In this document: piece after piece, positions 27,470-38,847 of the stretch
Layout: each line of letters opens with the position of its first letter
Position numbering within the stretch: position 1 is the stretch's first letter
Source of the DNA: Hypanus sabinus
Lineage: Eukaryota
DNA: 64,000 bases
Direction: 5' to 3'
Assembly: GCF_030144855.1 (NCBI RefSeq)
Contig: NC_082711.1
Location: forward strand, 70,060,001-70,124,000
Translations under genes and position numbers: made by a program
Notes under the pieces: model-generated
What the model was told of the DNA's origin: nothing
The model's database searches: none
Seen by the model: the letters and a program-made list of their open reading frames with translations, nothing else

Positions 27470-27850
27470 TGATCTTCTCACTGCTGCCATCAGGTAGAAG
27501 GCACAAGTATCTCAGGACCTGTAGCACAGATTCAAGAACAGTTACTACCCCTCAACCATCAGGCTCCTGAGCAAAGGAGAATAACTATACTCATGTATTG
27601 AGATGTTTCCACAGCCAATGATCTCACTTTAAAGATTCTATCTTGTTAACTCATGCTCTTATTATTTATTGCTATTTATTTATAGTTGCATTTCAACAGT
27701 TTGTCGTCTTTTATGCTGTTGCTCTTTCATTGATCCTGTTTACAGTTACTATTCTATAGATTTGCTGAGCATGCCCGCAGGAAAAGAACCTCAGGGTTGT
27801 ATGTGGTGACGTGTCTGTACTCTGATAACAAATTTTACTTTGAACTTTAC
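27470..27850 (+). mobile_element. Rex1/Babar-like 3' end
   Basis: CTGCTGCCATCAGGTAGAAGG...TTCAAGAACAGTTACTACCCCTCAACCATCAGGCTCCTGA; tail TTTACTTTGAACTTT. Confidence 0.7.
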
Positions 27851-28926
27851 ATGGATTTGCTTACTTTGAATGGTGAGCAGAATACAAGAATATTATAAAA
27901 CTTTGGCAATAGTAATCATGGACCCCACCAATTACATTGGCCTTCATCATCATGCTAATAATATGTCATGTGGACATCTAAATAATGCTCTTTAAAGTCT
28001 TGCATGACTGCACAAGTATAAACAGTTCTTGGTTGGCCTTGAGGTCTGTGTCAATTCATGAGTAGGCTTGCATGGGATATCCACAAGGCTGGGTGTTTCT
28101 GTTTATGTATTCATGTGTACTAATTGTATTAAGCTCCCGATGATAGCATTATTTCATTGCAACTGGACTACCCCGAAAATTCCTAAAATTCTCTATGGTA
28201 TCCTGATTAATAGCAGACAGCTTTCTCCATAAATCTCCACTTAAATCTTCAACCACGCACACCCTGTTTTTACTTACTTATTGGCCAATTCCCCTACTTT
28301 GAATGAAATCTCTCCCTCCACAAAGTAATTTCATACCCAAGATGAATGTGTGGAGTATCTGGCCAATGTAATGTTTGATTTCCGGCCAACATTGTTATTT
28401 GTATCTATAGAATGGAAGTGATTATAAGCAGATTAGCAATTTTGATATGGATGATACTCCCCCAACAGAGAAGTAACATCATAGCTCAAAAATAATGCAG
28501 ATAATTTTTCCTGTCTCCTACTCAATTGCCAAAAATGAGTTCCATTTTACATTTTGGCTATACAATCAAAACAATCATTCTTTTTGTGATGCAATTGACA
28601 AAGTGAGATGGAGGACCACCCTAACTGTGTTCCCACAGGCATCCCACCAGTTAGATCTGGCACTATGTCACTTTTAGTATTCCAGTGGGAGTACTAAACT
28701 CCTTTCTTTTAAAAATGAAACATGTGCATTCAAACCAACTGCAAACTAGAAGATAGACATGCAATGGTCAAAATAGATCATCTCCAATAAAACTCAGAGC
28801 TCAGCATTGTTTGATACCTGACTTGTACTTTTATTTAATACATCTCCTCTTTGAACTTCTAACAGTAACTTTTTTTTGCATATTGAAAGACTGCAATCAA
28901 TGCATTCTACCCTGCCACATTGCACA

Positions 28927-29528
28927 TGTACAATGTCCTGTGTATGTTACTCAAAATGGCCTCTTTGGTTTGTTACAAGTAGGAATGCTTCTCTGTTGGA
29001 TAAGTGTTTCTCTCGCCATTGTTTCACTTTAGAATGGCTGATATGGTAATTGTATTCATTTGTTAATCAATGGGGAATGTTATTGTGTCTTGTGATGCTG
29101 GGAACTTGGGGGAGGGGTTTTCGCGGGTTTTTGGTGGGAGGAGGAGGCCGAGGAAGGTGGACGTGTGCTGGACTGCTTGTAAGACCACCGGGGTGGTCCC
29201 AGGTGTGATGGCCGGATGGGTCGATTGGTTCATTGATTGAGCTCCAACGAGTGCACTAAACAGACTGAACTTTGATAAGTTGGTGCCTTTTGTATTTTTC
29301 CTTGTGTGTGTATGTATATATATATTGTATTGCCTACTACTCTTTTAATTTTAGTAAACTCTTTAAAGTGTATTTCATAACGGTATTTGTTGTGGGTTTG
29401 ATACTGTTGGCGGGCGCGAGGCATAAAACTCGATTCTCACAGCACCTGCGTGTACGGGAGGTGGGTTGGAGAGTGGCTGGATCTCCTTTTCCCCTAGACA
29501 TATACCAGCCTGTTGGGTAAGGGTTACA
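28927..29528 (+). repeat. 5' LTR (602 bp)
   Basis: TGTACAATG...GGGTTACA; direct repeat of 35464-36105. Confidence 0.95.
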
Positions 29529-29532
29529 TTTG

Positions 29533-29550
29533 TGGGGGCTCATCCGGGAT
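29533..29550 (+). promoter_or_regulatory. Primer-binding site, tRNA-Pro
   Basis: TGGGGGCTCATCCGGGAT, 17/18 identical to the tRNA-Pro PBS TGGGGGCTCGTCCGGGAT, 4 nt after the 5' LTR. Confidence 0.9.
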
Positions 29551-29594
29551 TGGATTGTCAGGGGCTGTGGAATCGCGCAGGCGGCGGAGCGGAG

Positions 29595-30983
29595 ATGGAC
29601 AGAGATAAGATTTTTTGCTGGTGTCAGTTTGAAGGTGCACCAGTACAGTACACATGCGTAGTGAGCGGAGTGGATTTTCGAGTTTTGGGAGACGCGATAG
29701 TGCGGGGTTTAAGTTCGGTGAAGGGTATTGGGCAGGTAGAATTGGTAGCTAGACGGTATGGTAAAGAGGTAGAGTCTAGCTGGGTGTTGGTTCGTACGAG
29801 TGCTGAAGTCAGGACGGTGGAACTGCCGGCGACGGTCAGTGTTCCGGGGGAGGAGGGGCTGTGGGGGCTCCACTTCTACAAGGATGGGGCTGAGGAGACA
29901 TCGGAGGAGGAGTTACAGCTAGAGGTGGACCCCAGAGAGGTGCCCGGCACTGGTAAAAGGAGGTGGGAGGAGGGAGTCGTGACTAAGCCCCGCTCCCCAG
30001 GTAGGGTGGAAGCCTCGGAGCTGGCAGCCACACTTAACTCCCTGGTGGGTGTGGCCGAGAGGCCATGGCTGAAGCTGGGGGTGTTCTCCGGAGCCAAGCC
30101 TACTCCGGATGGGGAGGTGGACTATGAGACCTGGATCGAGCATACGTCCTTGATGTTAGAGGAGTGGCCAGGCTCGGAGGAGGAGAAGAGGCAGTGATTG
30201 GTGGGAAGTTTGAGGGGTTTAGCAGCCAAAACCGTCCGGGAGTTGAAAGCTGAGAAGCCTGGAGCCTCAGTGGAGGAATGCCTAGAAGTTTTGGAGGGAG
30301 CGTTTGGGTTGTCAGGGGAACCCTGGCTGTTTTTAGCAGAGTTCCAACGCCTGGAACAAAGGAGAGGGGAAAAGCTCTCCGAGTACATATTTAGGATGGA
30401 GGGGATGCTCTCGGGGCTGCGGCGCCGAGGGGTAGTGAAGGCGACTGACGTGGCTAGCGTGAGGATGAGTCAGCTATTCAGTGGCTCTCTGGAGGAGGAC
30501 AAGGTGGTGTGGACTATCCGGCAGGCTTATAGGAAAGGTCCCCCTCCATCCTTCGGGCAACTGATTAGAGAGGTGCGAGAGGAAGAGAGAGCATTGGGGC
30601 GGAAAAAGGGCGCGGGCCTAAGGGAGCGATCCTCAGCGATACAGGAAGTGGTGGCTGGGTGGAGGAATGACAACCCCCCGGGGAGTAGTGAACCCCCTTT
30701 GGAGGGGAGGGACAGGGGAGGTACCTACTCTCAAGGGCGATCAGTGCAGTGGATTGGGAGCAGGAGCCATCCTGGGAGAGAAGGGGTGGCAGGCAGCATG
30801 TGCTTTAACTGTGGGAAAGAGGGGCATTTCAGGCGGGACTGTGGAAGGCCGAGGGTGTGCTATAGCTGTGGAGAGGAGGGACACTTTAGGTGGGATTGTG
30901 AGAGACAAGGAGTCCCGTGGGGGACAAGCCCCCCTATGACTAAAAAGGGAGAGGTGTCGGGAAACTTAGGAGAGGCTCAGTGA
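29595..30983 (+). pseudogene. gag: gag: PNMA-like N-terminal and capsid domains, two CCHC zinc knuckles; in-frame TGA at 30195
   Basis: ATG at 29595 (MDRDKIFCWC...). LGVFSGAKPTPDGEVDYETWIEH...EEEKRQ*LVGSLRG matches the PNMA capsid motif LRVFSG...GEE.FE.W...EKRRRL.ESL.G. Knuckles [14 protein letters not shown] and [14 protein letters not shown]. Confidence 0.88.
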
Positions 30984-31019
30984 GGGAACGGACTGGAGCC
31001 TCTGGAGGAACACGTTCCC
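30959..31019 (+). promoter_or_regulatory. -1 programmed ribosomal frameshift signal (G_GGA_AAC + H-type pseudoknot)
   Basis: The heptamer is in the gag frame and its -1 frame is the protease ORF. Stem 1 is 30971-30981/30992-31003; stem 2 is 30984-30990/31013-31019. Confidence 0.85.
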
Positions 31020-34000
31020 AGAGATCAGCCGGAAGACCACCGGGTGCCCACGCCTCTATTCCGGATGGGCTTGTAGGACCCCGTGCCAGTGTGGGTCTAT
31101 GGATAGAGGGAATTTACGCAAAAGCCGTTCTTGATACGGGATCGCAGGTGACCTTATTGTACCGGTCTTTCTACAATCAATATCAAAAGCATTTGCCCGT
31201 AACCCCATTTGATGCCCTGCAGATTTCGGGTGTGAGCGAGGGTGACTACCCGTACGATGGGTACCTATCGGTGAGATTGGAGTTCTTGGAGGGTGATGTG
31301 GGAGTGTCCGAAGCTATTGAGACGTTGGTGTTGGTGTGTCCTGACCCGGTGGAAACCAGTGGTGCTGCCCTCCTGGTGGGGACTAACTCCCCAGTTGTGC
31401 GACGGCTCCTGGGAGCTTGTAAGGAGAAAGGGGGGGGAAGACTTCCTGGAGACCCTCTCGGTGCATCCAGTGTTTCGAGCAGTGTTCGCAGAAGGGGTTG
31501 CCTCCCAAGGGCTGGACCCGGAGTGTAAACGAGGGACGGTGTGGTGTACGCAGGCGAGGCCCAAGGTGATCCGACCCCGGGAGGTAGCCCTAGTGATGGG
31601 GACCCCCAGATTCCCAGGAGTGCCGACGGGAGAAGCCCTGTTAGTAGACGCCCCAGACGATCTTGAAGGGGAGACACGATTTCCGGCGGGGGCGCTGGTG
31701 AGGCCTGAAGTGCAGAGACCAGGGGTGGTACATGCTATAAGTGTCAGGAACACCACGGCAAGAGAAATCACCTTTAAGAGGGGAATGCCGCTGGCACATC
31801 TGTTCCCGGTGACGGTAATGTCTAGCGCACCCGTGAGGACCCCTAACGGGGAGGGATCGGAGCATCGAAGGGAGCTGACCGCTGAAGCCTTTAACTTCGG
31901 GGATTCCCCTGTGTCGCCGGAGTGGAAACACCGGCTAGTGGAGAAGATGCTGAAGATGGAAACTGTTTTTTCTCGGGGCGAGTTTGATGTTGGCTGCGCC
32001 AAAAGCACTCGCCACACCATCCGGGTGACGGAGGACACCCCATTCCGAGAGAGATCCCGGCGGCTGGCTCTGGCAGATGTTGAGGATGTGCGACAGCACT
32101 TGTGCAAGTTGAAGGAGGCCGGAATCATAGTTGAGTCTCGAAGTCCTTATGCATCCCCAATAGTGGTGGCACAGAAGAAGAATGGGCGAGTGCGCATGTG
32201 TGTTGACTACAGGACGTTGAATCGGCGAACTGTCCCTGATCAATATACTGTCCCAAGAGTCGAGGATGCGTTGGCCTGCTTGAGCGGTGCGAAGTGGTTC
32301 AGTGTGCTGGATTTAAGAAGTGGGCATTACCAGATCCCGATGAGTGCGGCCGATAAAGAGAAGACCACTTTTATCTGCCTGCTGGGGTTCTTTCAGTTCG
32401 AACGAATGCCCCAAGGCATATCCGGAGCCCCAGCCACCTTCCAGAGGCTCATGGAGAGAACTGTGGGGGATATGAATCTGTTGGAGGTGCTGGTGTACCT
32501 GGACGATTTGATAGTGTTTGGATCGACTTTGGAGGAACATGAGGAGAGGCTGTTGAAGGTGTTGGGCCGGCTTAATGAAGAAGAGTTGAAGCTTTCCCTG
32601 GACAAATGCCAGTTCTGCAAGTCGTCGGTTAAATACATTGGCCATATCATTTCGCGAGAGGGAGTGGCTACTGATCCAACCAAGATAGAGGCTGTGACCA
32701 CCTGGCCGAGACCCCAGAAAGTGGGTGCTCTGCGCTCATTTTTGGGGTTCTGTGGCTCATTTTGGGGTTACCGGCGATTTGTGAAAGGATACGCCAAAGT
32801 GTTGACTCAGCTGTTGTGTGGCTATTCCCCCGGTGGGGAAGAAGAGGACGGGGAACCAGAGGCAGGACGCTGGAGGATACTGGAACCTGGTGGAACCTTT
32901 TGGTTCGAGATGGGATGATCAATGTGAAGAGGCGTTCCGATCTTTGAAAAGGGCACTGACCCAGGCCCCGGTGTTGGCTTTTGCCGATCCCCAGAAGCTA
33001 TATGTGCTGCACACGGATGCCAGCCGAGAGGGTCTCGGGGCTGTTCTGTACCAGGAGCATGACAAAGCATTGAGACCGGTAGCCTTTGTCAGCCGAAGCT
33101 TGTCGCCATTGGAGAGAAACTATCCCACTCACAAGTTGGAGTTCCTGGCGCTGAAGTGGGTGGTGATGGACAAGCTGGGCGATTACCTGTACGGAGCCAA
33201 GTTTGAGGTGAGAACGGATAACAATCCTCTCACTTATATTTTGACTTCTGCGAAGCTGGATGCCACAGGACATCGGTGGCTGACGGCCTTGTCGGTATAT
33301 GATTTCAGCCTGAGGTACCACCCCGGAAGCAAGAATGTCGATGCGGATGCATTGTCTCGTCAGGAGCCGGGGGGAGGAGGAGAGGGACGAGGAGTGGGAG
33401 AGTGTCCCTGCCCCTGGAGTGAAGGCGATGTGTCAGTTTGCTATCACCGTGAAGGCTGAGGCAAGAGGGAGGCTGGAACGAGCCGTGGACCATTTGGGGG
33501 TTTTTGACGACGCCATACCCCTAGTTTACTGTGACCTGACCGCACTGGGGACTAAACAGTTGCCGGAACTGAGTCCGGGGGAAGTGGCAGCTGCTCAGCA
33601 AAATGACCCGGGCATTGGCACAGTGTGGAGAGCGGTCGAGAAGGGGGATGGGGCGTTGGCTGAGAAGGCGAAACACCCATGCGTGCCTCTGTTGTTGAAG
33701 GAGTGGTCTCGGTTAAAGTTAAAGAACAAAATCTTGTACCGGGTAACGGCGCCTCCGTAACAACCCCACTGTTGGCAACTGGTCCTGCTGGAGGAGTATC
33801 GCCAGGCTGTACTCCAGGCCTTACATGATGATTCTGGACACTTGGGGGTGGAAAAGACATATGGATTACTCAAAGACCGGTTCTACTGGCCCCAGATGAG
33901 GGGGGAGGTCGAAGAATACTGTAGGGGATGCCGTCGTTGCATCCGGAGGAAGACCCTGCCAGCGTTGGCGGCTCCACTGTCGCACTTGCAGAGTGCGGGA

Positions 34001-35442
34001 CCTCTGGACCTGGTATGTATGGATTTCCTGTCGATTGAGCCTGACACCAGCAACACCGCGAATGTCTTAGTCATCACCGATCATTACACTCGCTATGCTC
34101 AGGCATTTCCCACCAAGGATCAGAAGGCGACGACAGTGGCGAAGGTGCTATGGGAGAAGTACTTTGTGCATTACAGCCTTCCCAGGTGAATCCATAGTGA
34201 TCAGGGGCGGGACTTTGAGAGCCGCCTTATCCAGGAATTATTGACTATGCTTGGGGTTGAGAAATCCAGGACTACCCCTTACAACCCACAGGGAGATCCT
34301 CAGCCAGAGAGATTCAACAGGACCCTGTTGGATATACTCGGGACGCTGGAGACTGGGCAGAAAAGCAGGTGGAGTCGTCATATTGGACAATTGGTTCACT
34401 GTTACAATTGTACTCGCAATGAGGCTACAGGGTATTCGCCCTATTATCTGATGTTCGGGCGGGAAGCGAGGTTGCCCATTGACGTGTGTTTTGGAGGTGG
34501 AGTGGGTGAATTTCCCGGGAAGTCCCATCTAAAGTACGTGTCCGACATGAAGAGGGAGTTACAGCGGGCGTACGAGTTGGCCGAGGAGGTGGCTACCAAA
34601 CAAAATCAGAGGAATAAGATGCGGTATGATCGAAAGGTGAAGTTTGTACAATTATTACCGGGAAACCGGGTTCTTTTATGGAATTTGGGACTCCCTGGTA
34701 AGCACAAGTTGGCAGATTGATGGGCGGCCAGCCCCTGTAATAGACAGCCAGATGCCAAACCTGCCCGTTTACCGGGTGAAACCTGAGGATGGAAAAGGGC
34801 CTATCAAGGTACTCCATAAGAATCACCTGCTGCCACTGGGTCAAGCGGTGCAGGTGGATAAGGAGCCCGAGTGGGAGGTTACGCCCTGTACAAGGACTCT
34901 GCGAGGGAGCGGAGAACGGGAAGAGCCCGCTGCTGGAGCGGGGACGGGTCCCTCACCCGGGAATGGCTACCGATTCAGAGGAGGACGACTCAGATGAGTG
35001 GGTCCTGTTCCCATTCGCTGGCGCTCCAGTACCAGGAGAGGAGGCCCTTCCCATACTGAATTGGGTGAGAGGAGGGAAGGTCTTGAGGGTCAGATGGAGA
35101 GGCAGCCTACATTGGTGGGAGAGAGGGTGGAACCCGAGCGTGAGCCAGAGAACTCAGGTGAGGGAGGACCCCTGTGAGGAAGGGGGTGCGGGTCTGTCAG
35201 GTAGACCTGGGGTGTCCGAGACAGTGGGTTCGCAGGTGACGAGGGAGCCCAGTGGGGCAGAAGGGGTAAGGAGATCTCAGAGGATTAGGTGCCCCCCGGA
35301 GCGGTTGACATATGTGGTACCGGGAGAACCGAGTGTGATTTCTACTGCTCTGGGTAGTTATGTCACTGCTTTCTGCACCTGGGTTGGGTTTTGTGTGTTG
35401 CAAGAAGCTTTGGGGAACTCTGGTAATGCCATGAGGGCATGA
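30966..35442 (+). pseudogene. pol: pol: protease-RT-RNase H-integrase, disrupted
   Basis: PR AVLDTGSQVTL; RT RMCVDYRTLN, LDLRSGHYQI, MPQG, YLDD; RH LHTDAS...LGAVLYQ, RTDNNPL; IN H-x4-H...C-x2-C, MDF, HSDQGRDFES, PQGDPQPERFN. Frameshifts near 31430 (G8 run), 32800, 33360, 34730 and 34940; stops at 33758, 34187 and 34718. Confidence 0.95.
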
Positions 35443-35450
35443 CATTTGCT

Positions 35451-35463
35451 GGTGGGGAGAGAA
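35451..35463 (+). promoter_or_regulatory. Polypurine tract
   Basis: GGTGGGGAGAGAA immediately before the 3' LTR TG. Confidence 0.85.
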
Positions 35464-35843
35464 TGTACAATGTCCTGTGTATGTTACTCAAAATGGCCTC
35501 TTTGGTTTGTTACAAGTAGGAATGTTTCTTTGACGGATAAGTGTTTCTCTCGCCGTTGTTTCACTTTAGAATGGCTGATATGGTAATTGTATTCATTTGT
35601 TAATCAATGGGGAATGTTATTGTGTCTTGTGATGCTGGGAACTTGGGGGAGGGGTTTTCGCGGGTTTTTTGGGGAGAGGCCGAGGAAGACACTGAAGAAG
35701 CTGGACGTGTGCTGGACTGCTCGTAAGACCACCGGGGTGGTCCCAGGTGCGACGGCTGGATGGGTCGATTGGTTCGTTGATTGAGCTCCAACGAGTGCAC
35801 TAAACAGACTGAACTTTGATAAGTTGGCGCCTTTTGTTTTTTT

Positions 35844-35914
<71 letters not shown>

Positions 35915-36105
35915 GTATTGCCTACTACTCTTTTAATTTTAGTAAACTCTTTAAAGTGTATTTCATAACGGTATTTGTTGTGGGTTTGATACTGTTGGCG
36001 GGCACGAGGCATAAAACTCGATTCTCACAGCACCTGCGTGTACGGGAGGTGGGCTGGATCTCCTTTTCCCCTAGACATATACCAGCCTGTTGGGTAAGGG
36101 TTACA
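35464..36105 (+). repeat. 3' LTR (642 bp)
   Basis: Direct repeat of the 5' LTR, containing an expanded (TG)n tract. Confidence 0.95.
35849..35913. repeat. (TG)n(TA)n microsatellite inside the 3' LTR
   Basis: About 27 TG units followed by TA units. Confidence 0.95.
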
Positions 36106-36304
36106 CACAAAAGCAGAATCAATAGCAAGCGTCATTAATACTCAAGAATGAGCATCTTTTAATTTTAGTACAGATTAATACAATATTTCCCAGCAAAATA
36201 GGGATCTAATCATAGACCTGAAGAAACAAGACAATTTGGTTGCATCTGTGAGGAGAGAAGCACTTAATTTTTCAGGTTCATGATACTTCACCGGAACTGC
36301 AAAA

Positions 36305-38847
36305 GAGACAAAAGTAAATGGACTGCACAGGGAAGAGAAAGATAAAGGCCAAGTTGCAGTTTCAAAAAGAGCACTGATCTGTATGCTGTTGATGAAAATT
36401 CTGATAATGATGAGAGTATTACAAGACTGAGCAGCCTTGAGATTTAAATGTGAAAACTTACAAGAGACGAGCAATATGGCTTACACCAAGAGTGAACAGC
36501 TAGTGAATTAAAATGGAATTGGACATGGGCTCAGCTGTTTCAGCCATTCTATAAATCAATTTAAACAGCATTTCAAAGACACTGAACTGAAGCCTGCAGA
36601 AATCCAACTAAGAACTTACACAGGAGAAAAGAGAACTCCTGTGGGAATGACATTTGTAACAGTGAAATACAACAATCAACAAGCCATATTGGTCTTGTAT
36701 GTGATAAAACAGGATGGCCAGCATTGTGAGGCCACAATTATCTGAGACAAGATCAGAGATTCATCCACTATTTGTGTGCTACATCCCCTGCAATGGGGTC
36801 AATTGAAAAGGAATTAAGAACGATACTGGATGATGCCACAGCAGTGTTCAAGGATGACATGGGAAAATTCAAACATATCAAGGGTAAAATAGTGTTAAAT
36901 GAAAATGTCACACTTGAGTTTTATAAATCCCGTCTGGTTCCTTATACCTTCCATGATAAAGCAGCCACTGAGCTAGAATGCATGGAGGCTGAAGGAATTC
37001 TTCACAAGCTTGAGCTGAACCTTTGGGCAGCATCAATGGTCCCAGTAGCCAAGTAGGATGGGTCTGTCAGGATCTGTGCTGATTTGAATTCACCAATCCA
37101 GTACCGGAAGTAGATCAGTACCCTCTGCACCAGATGGAGGATACCTTTGCAAACTTTTCTGCAGGGGATCACTTCAGCAAAGCAGACTTAGTTGAGGCCT
37201 ACCTACAGATAGAAATGGATAATGAGTCCAAAGTGTTTCTCACCATAAACACTAACAAAGGGTTTTACTGCTGTACAAAGCTTATTTTTGGCGTAGCATC
37301 TGTACCTGCTCTCTGGCAGAAAGCTGTGGACCAGGTGCAGTAAGGCTGCTCCTGGATGACATCACTGTTACCACCAAGGATGACAAGAAACATCTCCAAA
37401 ATCTCAAGATGGTGTTAAAAATATTTGAAAATTGTGGGCTCAAGACACAGCTTGACAAGCGTGAATTCCTTAACCCAAACATCATGTACTGTGGTCACAC
37501 AATGTGAGGGGATTGAGAGTTCTCGCACCATCCAAGCTGAGAGCTACTGAAGCCATATGCGTGTCATCTAGGCATGATCACTCGAAGCTTTGTCTGGTGA
37601 CCTGGGATAGATCAGTAGACTGAGCAGCTTGCCAAGCATTGTTTGTGATACCAACACGTCAAGAAGATGCCAAGAACAGTGTCTCTCCATCTCTGGGAAT
37701 GGCTTGCATTGCCCTGGCAGAGGATTCAAGTGCATTTTGCTGGGCCATTCACGTGGAAGCAGCCACAAAGCTGCCAGAGGTATTCCCAATAGACTCTACT
37801 ACAGCTTCACACATTGTTGATGCATTGAAAAGCCTCCTCTCAAGGACTGGTTTTCCAGAAGACCTGATCAGTGACAATGGAGCACAGTTTGCCGTGGAAC
37901 AGTTTCAGTCATTCCTGAACATGAATGGAATAAGACATATTATATCTGACAGCATACCATCCAGTTATAAATGGCTTGGCGGAAAGTTTTGTTCACAGTC
38001 TAAAGAAAGCACTGCGAACAATGTCAGCAGAACACACTACACTAACACTGCATCAGAAGCTCACCAATTTCCTCCTTGCATATCACAATGCAGCACACTC
38101 CACAACCAGTAACTCACCAGCCGTGCTGTTCCTGGGTTGTCTCCTTGGTCACACTTGCATCTCCTCAAACCCAATCTCAGAAAGAGTATCCAGGACAAAC
38201 AGATGAGACAAACTGAGAGCTCCTCAGACAAGGAGGTTTGATGTTTCACTCCTGACGAAGGATTACAAAGATGATCAAAAGTGGTTACGTGTAAAGATTA
38301 AGGACAGAAGTGGACCTCTCTCCTACATGGCGGAGATTGCAGCTGATGGCATCTGCAAGCAATACTTCGAGCAGTTGAGAGAAGAGTCGATTGTTAGTGA
38401 AGAAATGTGTCCAGAGCTGTGAGAACTATTTCCTGCAGTTCTCGTGTCTGCTCCTACAGCCACCACAGAGGAGTGATTGTTTCACAGCTACAACTCTCAC
38501 CTGCTAAGCAGAGTGATCCCCCTTGTCAGGAAAGACGCTATTCCCCAAGAGTAAGAAACCCTCATCAACAATTAAATATTGTTTAATGGAGATTACAGCT
38601 AAGCAGAGAGAAGTGTCATAAATTTAATATTTCAGTATTATTTGAGTAATATTTTAGAGATACTGTTTAATTAAGCATTCTTTGTTTACATAATTCATTA
38701 TGAGTTATACTGTATGTAAGAATCACGTGAATGGGATATGTTATTGCACCAGTACACCATAGGTGAGCAATCACAAAAAAAAACTAAGTAGACAGGTATC
38801 ATGGTTCCTGTGCTTTTCTTTAAATTAGTTTCTGCAGTTGCAAAACA
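36305..38847 (+). mobile_element. Older, deleted Gypsy element (K02A2.6-like pol) with 3' LTR
   Basis: PR MELDMGSAVS (about 36513); RT MEDTFANF.AGDHFSKADLVEAYLQI...LIFGVASVPALWQK; IN GFPEDLISDNGAQF and AESFVHSLKKAL...FLLAYHNAAHSTT; PPT AAGCAGAGAGAAG (38601-38613); LTR from TG at 38614 to about 38847. The 5' boundary is uncertain. Confidence 0.85.

Larger units (their letters stand above)
28927..36105 (+). mobile_element. Full-length, inactivated Ty3/Gypsy LTR retrotransposon with PNMA-like Gag
   Basis: Paired TG...CA LTRs; 4-bp TSD CACA (28923-28926 / 36106-36109); PBS; PPT; domain order gag-PR-RT-RH-IN. Confidence 0.97.

Noticed and set aside
31265-32128. 287-aa antisense ORF, plus other minus ORFs over gag-pol
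   Set aside because: Shadow frames of GC-rich coding DNA, with no recognisable motifs.
34789-35442. Possible env or extra ORF after integrase
   Set aside because: It is the frameshifted integrase tail (RRSQRIRCPPERLTY-type motif). It has no signal peptide or envelope architecture and is too short.
35800-36138. ORFs with CV/TH repeats
   Set aside because: These are translations of the (TG)n microsatellite in the LTR.
28700-36305. Young Gypsy nested inside the older K02A2.6-like element
   Set aside because: The sequence flanking the TSD shows no recognisable Gypsy homology; the elements look adjacent rather than nested.
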